A stretch of DNA of 64,000 nucleotides from assembly GCA_963828445.1 (NCBI GenBank), contig CAWHFP010000014.1:37565-101564 (forward strand). Direction: 5' to 3'. The first letter of the stretch is position 1. Each line of letters begins with the position of its first letter. Positions 51,151 to 60,127 of the stretch are shown here, piece after piece. The notes under the pieces were generated by a model. That model worked only from the letters and a program-made list of their open reading frames with translations, ran no database searches and was not told the origin of the DNA. Source of the DNA: an uncultured Actinomycetes bacterium (GTDB lineage Bacteria; Actinomycetota; Actinomycetes; Streptosporangiales; Streptosporangiaceae). Made by a program: the position numbers and the translations under genes.

Positions 51151-53760
51151 TCAGCTGGGGGCCATGTCGACGAAGCGGCTGTAGTGGCCCTGGAAGGCCA
51201 CGGTCACGGTGGTGGTCGGGCCGTTACGGTGCTTGGCCACGATCAGGTCGGCCTCACCGGCCCGAGGTGACTCCCGCTCGTACACGTCCTCGCGGTGCAG
51301 CAGGATCACCATGTCGGCGTCCTGCTCGATGCTGCCGGACTCACGCAAGTCGGAAAGCTGCGGCTTCTTGTCCGTGCGCTGCTCGGGACCCCGGTTGAGC
51401 TGGGACAGGGCGATGACCGGAACTTCGAGCTCCTTGGCCAGCAGCTTCAGCGACCGGGACATCTCGGAGACTTCCTGCTGACGGTTCTCGGTCCGTTTGG
51501 GCGAGGACATCAGCTGGAGGTAGTCGATGATCACCATCTTCAGCTCGTGCCGCTGCTTGAGGCGACGGCACTTGGCCCGGATCTCCATCATCGACATGTT
51601 CGGCGAGTCGTCGATGAACAGCGGGGCGTCGGCCACCTCGCTCATCCGGCGGGCCAGCCGGGTCCAGTCATCGTCGCTCATCTGGCCGGTACGCATGGTG
51701 TGCAGGCCCACCCGGGCCTCGGCCGACAGCAGACGCATGGTGATCTCGTTGCGGCCCATCTCCAGGCTGAAGAACGCCGTGGTCAGCTGGGTCTTGATCG
51801 CCGCCGCGCGGGCGAAGTCGAGGGCCAGCGTCGAGTTGTGCGTGGGCACCATTCCCCGGCCGGCAAGGTACAGGTGGTCGGCGTTGTTCACCTGGACGCA
51901 GCGAACCGGCACGGATGCGATTGGCCGCACCTCGGTGATGTACCGCCACCGCCTGCGCTGCGGCGAGCCACGCAGCCGTTCCCGCTGCACCCTTGTCTTG
52001 CGGCTCAGCCGGAAGACCTCATCAGTGGTGGTGAAGTTCAGCAGGTAGCAGATTGACGATTTCTCAGATCGACCGTGTACCCGCTTCCGTGCCATGGAGC
52101 AGCGATACCCCAGGCTCAGCACCAGTTCCCGGACATCCATGGCCAGGCGCTTGCTCGTGACCGCGAACTGAACAGCGCCGACGTTAGTGACCGTGCCGTC
52201 CGTATCAAGCAGGCCAGCGAGCAAGGACCGGCGCTGCTCGGCCGACGCCCGCAGATAACTAGCCGGGATGTGCTTGTTACCCAGCACATCCAATGATCGG
52301 AGGACACCTTGGAGCGTTCCCGATTCCTTCCAGCATTGCTGGCACAATCCCCTGCCGGGCAGAAGGCCAACCATGGAGCCGCCGCATTGGCGGCATTGCG
52401 GTGTGGGTACCGGCGGAGTGCTGAACCGGGCCTTTCCTCCGCACGAACGTCCACAGGTCCGCACCGCCGAAGTCCTGGGAGCGAATGAACGTCCACACAC
52501 GGCGCACTCTCGAGTCTTCGGCAGAATCGGCGTCGGTGCGAGAGTCATGCCGTATCTGAGCCGAGCACGCTGTGGGGTGACGACAATGCCCGTCGCGGTG
52601 ACATGCTCCACGACTTCCGGGTCGGCCGAAGTGAACTGGGCGGCCTTGGACGTCCCGTCGCCCAGCCATACGCCGAGCGCGTAAGGCGGTACGGGCAGCT
52701 CAGCCTCAGGCATTTCCAGGGGCGCCGTCAACGGCACGGCGTGGTTGAGCCTGCCTTCCGCTCCGGGGCAGCGCAAGGTACGCAGAATGTCCGCGGTGGT
52801 AACGACTTCAGGACGCACCGGCTCCGCATATTCCCTGCCGAGGCCTCTGTCCTGGGCGTCGTATCTGCGCGCCCGGCGTGTCCAGGTAAGCCACTGATGC
52901 TGCTCGTCGGCGATGATCACTTCACCATCCGAGAACTTCACTTCGTAGCACGGCCGACCGACCATGATCTCGGTAGCCGCAACGACCTTCGTGGGCTTAC
53001 CGTCCATGCCCAGCAATTGGTCACCGACCTCGACGTCCTTCATCGTCGTCCAGCCCGTCGGTGTCGCGAGTGGCGTATCGAGGGCCAGTGCCTTACCCAT
53101 AGCGGGCCGGGCCGCGATGACGATCATCTGGCCGGGATGGAGCCCGTTGGTGAGCGAGTCGAGGTCGGCGAACCCGGTCGGCACGCCGGTCATCGCGCCG
53201 CCGCGGCTGCCGATGGCCTCGATCTCGTCCAGCGCGCCCGGCATGATGTCGGCCAGCGAGTGGTAGTCCTCGGTGGTCCGCCGCTCGGTGATCGCGTACA
53301 CCTCGGCCTGGGCCCGGTCCACCAGATCGTCGGCCTCGGCGTCGCCGGTGTAACCGAACTGGACGATGCGGGTGCCGGCCTCCACCAGCCGCCGCAGGAT
53401 GGCCCGCTCCCGGACGATACGTGCGTAGTAGCCGGCGTTGGCCGCCGTCGGCACCGAGGCGATCAGCGTGTGCAGATAGGGCGCGCCGCCGACCCGGCCG
53501 ATCTCTCCGCGCCGGGTGAGCTCGTTGGCCACGGTGATCGCGTCCGCGGGCTCACCGCGCCCGTAGAGGTCCAGCACCACTTCGTGGATGATCTGGTGAG
53601 CCGGGCGGTAGTGGTCGTGCGGCCGGATGACCTCGATGACATCGGAGATGGCGTCCTTGGAGAGCAGCATCCCGCCGAGCACGCACTGCTCCGCGGCGAC
53701 GTCGTGCGGCGGCGTCCGCTCGAACTCGTCACCGCGGCGTGCGATCTCGGCGACACTCAC
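51151..53760 (-). CDS. dnaB: Replicative DNA helicase DnaB, interrupted by an intein in the Walker A motif
   Basis: N-extein PHDVAAEQCVLGGMLLSKDAI...GLHPGQMIVIAARPAMGK. C-extein STLALDFARAAAIK...FFSLEMG...IIDYLQLM...IALSQLNRGPEQR...SDLRESGSIEQDADMV. GTG start preceded by GGGGAGGAG. Confidence 0.95.
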   Translation of the reverse strand: MSVAEIARRGDEFERTPPHDVAAEQCVLGGMLLSKDAISDVIEVIRPHDHYRPAHQIIHEVVLDLYGRGEPADAITVANELTRRGEIGRVGGAPYLHTLIASVPTAANAGYYARIVRERAILRRLVEAGTRIVQFGYTGDAEADDLVDRAQAEVYAITERRTTEDYHSLADIMPGALDEIEAIGSRGGAMTGVPTGFADLDSLTNGLHPGQMIVIAARPAMGKALALDTPLATPTGWTTMKDVEVGDQLLGMDGKPTKVVAATEIMVGRPCYEVKFSDGEVIIADEQHQWLTWTRRARRYDAQDRGLGREYAEPVRPEVVTTADILRTLRCPGAEGRLNHAVPLTAPLEMPEAELPVPPYALGVWLGDGTSKAAQFTSADPEVVEHVTATGIVVTPQRARLRYGMTLAPTPILPKTRECAVCGRSFAPRTSAVRTCGRSCGGKARFSTPPVPTPQCRQCGGSMVGLLPGRGLCQQCWKESGTLQGVLRSLDVLGNKHIPASYLRASAEQRRSLLAGLLDTDGTVTNVGAVQFAVTSKRLAMDVRELVLSLGYRCSMARKRVHGRSEKSSICYLLNFTTTDEVFRLSRKTRVQRERLRGSPQRRRWRYITEVRPIASVPVRCVQVNNADHLYLAGRGMVPTHNSTLALDFARAAAIKTQLTTAFFSLEMGRNEITMRLLSAEARVGLHTMRTGQMSDDDWTRLARRMSEVADAPLFIDDSPNMSMMEIRAKCRRLKQRHELKMVIIDYLQLMSSPKRTENRQQEVSEMSRSLKLLAKELEVPVIALSQLNRGPEQRTDKKPQLSDLRESGSIEQDADMVILLHREDVYERESPRAGEADLIVAKHRNGPTTTVTVAFQGHYSRFVDMAPS
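51835..53091 (-). mobile_element. 419-aa intein (class-3-like, Ala1) with a LAGLIDADG homing-endonuclease domain
   Basis: Inserted between GK and S of GxxxxGK|S. It starts ALALDTP. Block B reads ADEQHQW, block F VPVRCVQV, and it ends VPTHN|S. LAGLIDADG motifs LGVWLGDGTS and LAGLLDTDGTV. By eye it has more A/T than the flanking dnaB sequence. Confidence 0.85.
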
Positions 53761-53773
53761 CCGGCTGCTCCTC

Positions 53774-54095
53774 CCCAGTGTGGCTGACCCAGTGTGGCCA
53801 ACGCTGTGTGGCCTCGCCCGGCTGGCGCGAGGTGATGATGCTTCCGTTCTAACCGATGGCTACGACAGTTTGCCGGCCCTGGGCGCCGGACGCCAACCCA
53901 TGGTGTGCACAGCCCTGTGGATAGCTTGTGAAGACACGCCGCCGGTGGTGTGCACAGCCTGGGGATGACGCTGTGAAGAGCCCTTCAGCCACACCGCGAA
54001 GAAACCTCTGAACAGGTAAAACGTCCTGCACCTCCTGTGGGCGGGAAAAAGATTGTCCCCCGAGCCGAACCCACAGCGGTCGCGAGTTATCCACA
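53774..54095. promoter_or_regulatory. Cluster of CCACA-core (DnaA-box-like) motifs and direct repeats upstream of dnaB
   Basis: CCCAGTGTGGC x2 (53774, 53788) plus GCTGTGTGGCC (53803). Read toward dnaB, one of these is TTGGCCACA. TGTGGATAG (53916). A 13-bp exact repeat GGTGTGCACAGCC (53902, 53947) heads an imperfect repeat of about 35 bp. TTATCCACA (54087-54095). Confidence 0.3.
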
Positions 54096-54265
54096 GGCCA
54101 GGCGCTGGCCGGCTGGTGACCGACCGCAGCACGGCAACCCCTTCCGGGTCACAATCCGGCCAGAAATCAGGGTCGAACCGGCGGCGGTGCTCCGGTTCGG
54201 GTCGCGCGGGAGATATTCGGCCGAGCCCGGCGTGTCCTGTCGGCCGCTCCCACTAGGATCCGAGC

Positions 54266-54496
54266 GTGTGTTCGAGCGAGGACGGGGCAATCGCCGAGGT
54301 CATCAGGGCCATCGACCAGCTGGCGGAGGACGCGGGCCAGGGTCTGGAGGCCGCTGAGATGAGCGCGCGGGTGGCGGCGGTGTGGGGCATGCTGTCGGCC
54401 CTCGACCCCGAGCTCGCCCGGCTCCGGGTCGCCTACGAGGCACCCGGTGGCCGGCCCGGGCGGGCGCTCAGGCCACCGGACCATCCCGAAGGCTAG
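54266..54496 (+). CDS. Small hypothetical protein
   Basis: GTG start. High GC3 in this frame. VCSSEDGAIAEVIRAIDQLAEDAGQGLEAAEMSARVAAVWGMLSALDPELARL. Confidence 0.4.
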   Translation: MCSSEDGAIAEVIRAIDQLAEDAGQGLEAAEMSARVAAVWGMLSALDPELARLRVAYEAPGGRPGRALRPPDHPEG

Positions 54497-54506
54497 GCTC
54501 GGCCGG

Positions 54507-55409
54507 ATGGCAGGCCCTCCGTTCCGCTACCGGTCACCCGAGGAGGACAGCGTCCGGTGGCTCGGCCTCCAGTTCCGGGACGGCGACATCGTCATCAGCA
54601 CCCGGTCCAAGACCGGGACGACCTGGGTGCAGATGATCTGTGCGCTGCTGATCTTTCAGGACCCGGCTCTGCCCGCCCCGCTCGGCCGGTTGTCGCCGTG
54701 GCTGGACCACCTGGTCCGGCCGATGGACGAGGTGTACGCGCAACTGGCCGCGCAGCCGCACCGCCGGTTCATCAAGACCCACACGCCACTGGACGGGATC
54801 CCGATCGATCCCCGGGCGACGTATCTGGTGACCGCCCGGCATCCGCTGGACATGGCGGTCTCCCTCTATCACCAGGGCGACAACATCGACCGGGCCCGGG
54901 TCCGGCAGCTGACCGGCCAGCCCGAGCCAACCGGGCCGCCGCGGCCACGGCCACCACTGCGCGACTGGCTGCTCCGCTGGATCGCCGACGACGATGACCC
55001 CCGCGAACGGCTGGATTCGCTGCCGGGAGTCATGTGGCACCTGTCCGACGCCTGGTCCCGCCGCCACCAGCCGAACATCAGGCTGGTGCGCTACGAGGAC
55101 CTGCTGGCCGACCTGGCGGGCGAGATGCGCGCCCTGGCTGACTACCTGGCGATCGAGATCCCGGACGCGACCTGGCCCGCGCTGGTCCGGGCGGCCACGT
55201 TCGAGAGCATGTCTCGCCAGGCCAGCACGCTGGCGCCCGCTGGTGTGCTCAAGAGCAGCGCCGCGTTCTTCCGGCGCGGTACCGCCGGGGCGGCCCGGGA
55301 GGTCCTCAGTGACGACGACCTGGCCACCTACCGAGCCCGCGTAGCGGAGCTGGCCCCGGCCGACCTGCTGGCCTGGCTGCACGCCCCGCCGTCCGCTGGG
55401 GGCCCGTGA
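54507..55409 (+). CDS. Sulfotransferase-domain protein
   Basis: 5'-PSB motif ISTRSKTGTTWVQMI. FIKTHTPLD, ARHPLDMAVSLYH (3'-PB-like). Confidence 0.85.
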   Translation: MAGPPFRYRSPEEDSVRWLGLQFRDGDIVISTRSKTGTTWVQMICALLIFQDPALPAPLGRLSPWLDHLVRPMDEVYAQLAAQPHRRFIKTHTPLDGIPIDPRATYLVTARHPLDMAVSLYHQGDNIDRARVRQLTGQPEPTGPPRPRPPLRDWLLRWIADDDDPRERLDSLPGVMWHLSDAWSRRHQPNIRLVRYEDLLADLAGEMRALADYLAIEIPDATWPALVRAATFESMSRQASTLAPAGVLKSSAAFFRRGTAGAAREVLSDDDLATYRARVAELAPADLLAWLHAPPSAGGP

Positions 55410-55485
55410 GCCAGGGAGAACAGCAGACGGCCGCGGCGGGAGCAATGTCCCGGCCGCGGCCGTCTGATGGTGCTGTGACCCTGGA

Positions 55486-55932
55486 TCAGTCCGCGACGAC
55501 CTCGACGTCGATGGTCGCGTTGACCTCGGGGTGCAGGCGCACCCGGACCTGGTGGGTCCCGGCGGTCTTGATCGCGTCGGGGACCTCGATCCGGCGCCGG
55601 TCCAGCTCCGGGCCACCGGCGGCGCGAACTGCCTCGGCGATGTCGGACGGGCCGACCGAACCGAACAGCCGGCCGTTGGCACCCGCGCGGCGCGGCAGCC
55701 GGACCCGGAGGGCCGCCAGTTCCTGGGCGGCCGCCTTGGCGTCGTCCAGGCTGCGGATCTCGCGGGCCGAACGGGCCCGACGGATCACTTCGACCTGCTT
55801 CTCGGCGCCGCGCGTCCACCGCATGGCGAAGCCCCGGGGGATCAGGTAGTTCCGCCCGTAACCCGCGGCGACGTCCACGACGTCGCCAGGGGCGCCGAGG
55901 CCGCTGACCTCCTGGGTGAGGATGAGCTTCAT
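55486..55932 (-). CDS. rplI: 50S ribosomal protein L9
   Basis: [36 protein letters not shown]. Confidence 0.95.
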   Translation of the reverse strand: MKLILTQEVSGLGAPGDVVDVAAGYGRNYLIPRGFAMRWTRGAEKQVEVIRRARSAREIRSLDDAKAAAQELAALRVRLPRRAGANGRLFGSVGPSDIAEAVRAAGGPELDRRRIEVPDAIKTAGTHQVRVRLHPEVNATIDVEVVAD

Positions 55933-55967
55933 CGGTGTACTGCTCATGTCAGTTCCTCCCCCCGGAC

Positions 55968-56204
55968 TCAGCGAGCCGTGCTGGTGTAGGGCAGCAGCGC
56001 CATCTCACGGGCGTTCTTGATCGCCGTGGCGACGTCGCGCTGGTGCTGCGTGCAGTTGCCGGTGACCCGCCGGGCGCGGATCTTGCCGCGGTCGGAAATG
56101 AACTTCCGCAGCAGCCCGGTGTCCTTGTAATCCACGTAGGAGATCTTCTCCTGGCAGAAAACGCAGACCTTCTTCTTTGGCTTACGTACTGGTGGCTTGG
56201 CCAT
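55968..56204 (-). CDS. rpsR: 30S ribosomal protein S18
   Basis: [47 protein letters not shown]. Confidence 0.95.
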   Translation of the reverse strand: MAKPPVRKPKKKVCVFCQEKISYVDYKDTGLLRKFISDRGKIRARRVTGNCTQHQRDVATAIKNAREMALLPYTSTAR

Positions 56205-56282
56205 CGTGGTGCTCCTGTTCAGAGCCCCGCCCGAGGCGGGGATGGTCGGTATGGGTAATGATGTGGGATCCGGAGCCGCCGG

Positions 56283-56824
56283 TTAGAACGGAGGCTCGTC
56301 CGAGAACCCGCCGCCGGAGTCGGAGGAGGCCCACGGGTCGGCCTCGGCCCGGCCGCCGCCGGACCCGCCGGATCCACCGGATCCACCGGATCCGTTGCCG
56401 CCGTAGCTCTGGCCGCCGCCCCCCCGCCGCCGCCGCCGCTGAATCCGCCGCCGGAGCGGCTGACCTTGGCTACCTTCGCGGAGGCATTGCGGAGCGACGG
56501 GCCCACGTCGTCGACCTCGACCTCGTAAACGGTGCGCTTCTCGCCCTCTTTGGTCTCGTACGAGCGCTGCCGCAGCCGGCCCTGGACGATGACCCGCATG
56601 CCGCGCTGCAGGCTCTCGGCCACGTTCTCGGCCGCCTGGCGCCACACGTTGCAGGTCAGGAAGAGGCTGTCGCCGTCCTTCCACTCCCCGGAGGCGTTGT
56701 CACGGAAGCGCGGCGTCGAGGCCACGCGGAAGCGCGCCACCGGTTGCCCGGACGGCGTGAAACGAAGTTCGGGGTCGTCAACGAGGTTGCCCGCGATCGT
56801 GATCTGGGTGTCGCCTGCTGCCAT
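56283..56824 (-). CDS. ssb: Single-stranded DNA-binding protein; frame broken in a C7 run (56419-56425)
   Basis: OB fold [36 protein letters not shown]... The Gly-rich tail and acidic tip (...[10 protein letters not shown]) are only recovered in the ORF 56283-56684 frame. Confidence 0.9.
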
Positions 56825-56879
56825 CGGGCTCTCCCGGTCCTAACGTCGTGCTCGTGCGGTGATGGTGACTGTGCCCCGG

Positions 56880-57170
56880 TCAGTGGACCTGCGGTCGCAC
56901 GACCTTGGTGCGGAGCACGGCTTCGTTGAGGTTGAGCTGACGGTCCAGCTCCCGGACCGTGTCGGGCTCGGCGGTCAGGTCGACCACCGCGTAGATCCCC
57001 TCGGCCCGCTTGTCGATGTCATAGGCGAGGCGGCGCCTCCCCCAGATGTCCAGCTTCTCCACCCGGCCGCCGCCTGACGGCACGACCTGGAGAAACTGCT
57101 CAAGGGACGGCTGTACGGTCCGTTCCTCGAGGGTCGGGTCGAGAATGATCATCATCTCGTAGTTACGCAT
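56880..57170 (-). CDS. rpsF: 30S ribosomal protein S6
   Basis: [30 protein letters not shown]...[10 protein letters not shown]. Confidence 0.95.
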   Translation of the reverse strand: MRNYEMMIILDPTLEERTVQPSLEQFLQVVPSGGGRVEKLDIWGRRRLAYDIDKRAEGIYAVVDLTAEPDTVRELDRQLNLNEAVLRTKVVRPQVH

Positions 57171-57505
57171 GCGCGATCCTTGCCTCCTCTGGACTGCGCG
57201 GTCACGGTCTCTCCGTGACAGGAGGAGCTGGAGAACGGCGACTCCGGTGGCCTGCCGTTAATCTCACAGCGCGGTCAGCATACCGTGGGCCACCGACATT
57301 CCGGGCCGCAACGCTTCCGCACCAGGTCATAACCGTCGTGACGGCTCATCTCATCCAGCCGCTCAACCAGACCCCCGGGTGGCCGCCACCGTCGGCTGGC
57401 CCGCGGGCAACCCGCCGTGATCATTTAGCCGGAGGCCGGAGGTGACTCAGCGGCCCGGGAGGGGAAGAATCAGGATCAGCAGTTGTCCCGGGCAGGCCCG
57501 ACGAG

Positions 57506-57868
57506 ATGGAGGTGGCGGACGTGGCAGAGACCAGAACGCCAGGCGTGGAGCGGACCGACGAGCAGTCGCCGCCGGCGCTCGCTCCGCCGCACGGCACCGG
57601 CAGCATGGCCCTGATGGCGGGAGCCGGCCTGACGCTGCTGCTCGGGCTGCTCTCCTTCGTACTGGGGATGGTGGTCCGTAACGCGTCCTCAGCCCCGGCG
57701 GCGTTGCACGTGGTGGCCACCGTGACCGGCGGCCTTGCCATGGTGCTGGGACTCTTCCTGCAGATGATCTCGGCCACCCGCAACGAGCGCATCGTCATCG
57801 TCACCGGCATGATCGCCGGCTTCGTCGGCGCCTGCCTCGGCCTGGCCGCGGGTGGTTTCTCCGGCTGA
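57506..57868 (+). CDS. Small integral membrane protein (3-4 TM), unknown function
   Basis: MALMAGAGLTLLLGLLSFVLGMVV...VATVTGGLAMVLGLFLQMI...VTGMIAGFVGACLGLAAGG. The start is uncertain. Confidence 0.5.
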   Translation: MEVADVAETRTPGVERTDEQSPPALAPPHGTGSMALMAGAGLTLLLGLLSFVLGMVVRNASSAPAALHVVATVTGGLAMVLGLFLQMISATRNERIVIVTGMIAGFVGACLGLAAGGFSG

Positions 57869-57924
57869 GCCGCGGCGCGGCCCGAGTCCGGCGCACTGAC
57901 CCCACCGGCGGCTAGGCTCGGGCC

Positions 57925-58725
57925 ATGGTGCGTATCGGTGTGCACATCGACCAGGCCGACCCCCTCGCGGAAGCGACCGCGCGCGGGGCGGACGCGGTGC
58001 AGTTCTTCCTGGGTGATCCGCAGGGCTGGAAGGGGCCGGTCATCCCCGGCGACCCGGCCGAGCTCAAGGCGTCGTTCGCCGACGCCGGGGTGGACGCCTA
58101 CATTCACGCGCCCTACGTCGTCAACGTGGCCACCACCAACAACCGCATCCGGATCCCCAGTCGGAAGATCTTGACCCAGCAACTCGAGGCGGCCGCGTCC
58201 ATCGGGGCCAAGGGGCTGATCGTGCACGGCGGCCACGTCACCAACGGCGTCGACCCGGCCGAGGGCTACGCCAACTGGCAGAAGGTCATGGAGCGGGTCG
58301 AGCGCCCGATCCCGCTGCTGATCGAGAACACCGCGGGTGGGACCAACGCCATGGCGCGGACGCTGGAGGCCATCGGCCGTCTGTGGGACGCGGTGACGGC
58401 CGGGGTGGCCGACGGTTCGGGTGAGGTCGGGTTCTGCCTCGACACCTGCCACGCCTACTCGGCCGGACTCGACCTGTCCGACGTGGTGGACAAGATCAAG
58501 GCCATCACCGGCCGGATCGACCTGGTGCACTGCAACAACTCACGGGACGACTTCGGCTCCAGCCGGGACCGGCACGCCAACCTGACCAGCGGCACCATCG
58601 ACCCGGAGCAGATCCTGGGCGTGGTGCGGGCGGCCGGCGCCCCGGCCATGCTGGAGACCCCGGACAGCGACGGCAGCCTGGCCGCCGACGTGCACTTCCT
58701 CAGAGAGCACCTGGCCGCGGGCTGA
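57925..58725 (+). CDS. nfo: Deoxyribonuclease IV (endonuclease IV, AP endonuclease family 2)
   Basis: IGVHID...YIHAPYVVNVAT...LIVHGGH...LIENTAGG...CLDTCHAYSAG...VHCNNSRDDFGS. Confidence 0.88.
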   Translation: MVRIGVHIDQADPLAEATARGADAVQFFLGDPQGWKGPVIPGDPAELKASFADAGVDAYIHAPYVVNVATTNNRIRIPSRKILTQQLEAAASIGAKGLIVHGGHVTNGVDPAEGYANWQKVMERVERPIPLLIENTAGGTNAMARTLEAIGRLWDAVTAGVADGSGEVGFCLDTCHAYSAGLDLSDVVDKIKAITGRIDLVHCNNSRDDFGSSRDRHANLTSGTIDPEQILGVVRAAGAPAMLETPDSDGSLAADVHFLREHLAAG

Positions 58726-60127
58726 CTTCCGACGCCGCCGCCGGGGCGGTCCGGCGCAGCCGTAGCACGAACCGGTCGGGCGCATCCACCAGCACGCCGC
58801 CGGCGGGGTCGTCCTCGCCGTCGCGGCGGACCACATCGAACTCCGGCCGCAGGATGTCGTGCACGACGTAGCCGCACAGCAGAGCCACGGTCAGGAACCG
58901 GGCCAGCAGCGTGGCGAAGTACCAGCCGGTGCTGATGCCGTTGTAGCCGGGAATTACCGCGCCGTTGCGGGACACGAAGATGAGGTAGCCCCAGATCCCG
59001 AAGAAGTAGCCCACTTCGGCCAGCTGCCACAAGGCGTAGGGCCAGAACCGGGGCCGGGCCAGAACCGCGAACGGCACCAGCCAGATCACGTACTGCGGTG
59101 ACCACACCTTGTTGGTCATGAGGAACACCGCCAGCACCAGGAAGCACAGCTGGGCCAGCCGGGGGCGACGCGGCGCGGCCAGCGCCAGCACCGCGATGGC
59201 CACGCAGCCGATCACCAGGCTGACCGCTGACAACAGGTTCAGGGTGCCGATTGTGGTGTCGCCGAGGACCGGCACCCCGAAGTGCTCGAACACGTACCAG
59301 ATCGAGCCCCAGTCGGCCGGCCGGGTCCGGCTGAACTGGTAGAACGTGGCCCAGCCGGACGGCGCCACGATGAGGACCGGGACGTTGACGACCAGCCAGG
59401 CCACGGCGGCCGAACTGAACGTGACCCAGAAGTCCCGCATCCGCCCGGCCCGCCAGCACAACAGCAGCAAGGGGCCGAAGAACACCAGCGGGTAGAACTT
59501 GGTCGCAACGGCCAGCCCGGCCAGCACCCCGGCGATCACGGTCCGGCGGCCGGCCCAGGCCGCGATGGCCACGGCGGCCAGGGCCATCGCGATCAGGTCC
59601 CAGTTGACGAAGGCGGCCAGCACCAGCGCGGGCGACAGCGCCACCAGCAGCGCCGCCCAGCGGCGGCTCGGCCCGGCCGCGTAGGCGGTGGCCACCACCC
59701 CGGCCACCGCGCAGATCACCAGCAGGATCACGGTGACGTCGAAGAACTCCCGCCCCCGGGTGTAGGGGTCGGCGATCGGGTGGACCAGCCAGGCCACCGC
59801 CTGCATGGCCCCGCCGATCAGCACCGGGTACTCGACGTGGTGCCCGGTGTAGGGCACCTTGCCCGCGCTGAGGCCCTCGTTGTAATAGAGGGGATAGATG
59901 TCGGTGTAACAGGCGTCCTGGAACTGCTTGGCGTAGCTGTTCCAGGCCCCGGCCCGGCAGGGCGCCTTTTCCAGGAACGCGAGCAGCGCCCCGAGCAGCG
60001 CCGCTCCGACCAGGACACTCGTGCTTCCGGCGAGCAGGGCCAGCGATCGGGTGGAGCGGCCCGTGGCGCCCGCGGAAGCCTCCGGCATGCTCAGCGACGT
60101 TTCCGTTTCCGCCGCGACCGCAGCCAC
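58700..60127 (-). CDS. GT87/DUF2029-family membrane glycosyltransferase (PimE-like); alternative start 60088
   Basis: Polytopic. CYTDIYPLYYNEGLSAGKVPYTGHHVEYPVLIGG... Confidence 0.8.
   Translation of the reverse strand: MAAVAAETETSLSMPEASAGATGRSTRSLALLAGSTSVLVGAALLGALLAFLEKAPCRAGAWNSYAKQFQDACYTDIYPLYYNEGLSAGKVPYTGHHVEYPVLIGGAMQAVAWLVHPIADPYTRGREFFDVTVILLVICAVAGVVATAYAAGPSRRWAALLVALSPALVLAAFVNWDLIAMALAAVAIAAWAGRRTVIAGVLAGLAVATKFYPLVFFGPLLLLCWRAGRMRDFWVTFSSAAVAWLVVNVPVLIVAPSGWATFYQFSRTRPADWGSIWYVFEHFGVPVLGDTTIGTLNLLSAVSLVIGCVAIAVLALAAPRRPRLAQLCFLVLAVFLMTNKVWSPQYVIWLVPFAVLARPRFWPYALWQLAEVGYFFGIWGYLIFVSRNGAVIPGYNGISTGWYFATLLARFLTVALLCGYVVHDILRPEFDVVRRDGEDDPAGGVLVDAPDRFVLRLRRTAPAAASEVSPRPGAL

Noticed and set aside
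53761-54265. The DnaA-box-like cluster upstream of dnaB as a chromosomal origin (oriC).
   Set aside because: There is no dnaA/dnaN context, no obvious AT-rich unwinding element, and most boxes are degenerate. It is kept only as a possible regulatory region.
56283-56824. ssb, and likewise the class A PBP at 60091-62988, as genuine pseudogenes.
   Set aside because: The ssb break lies in a C7 homopolymer, and a single-base correction restores the canonical Gly-rich tail ending DEPPF. Loss of these functions is implausible, so an assembly error is the simpler explanation.
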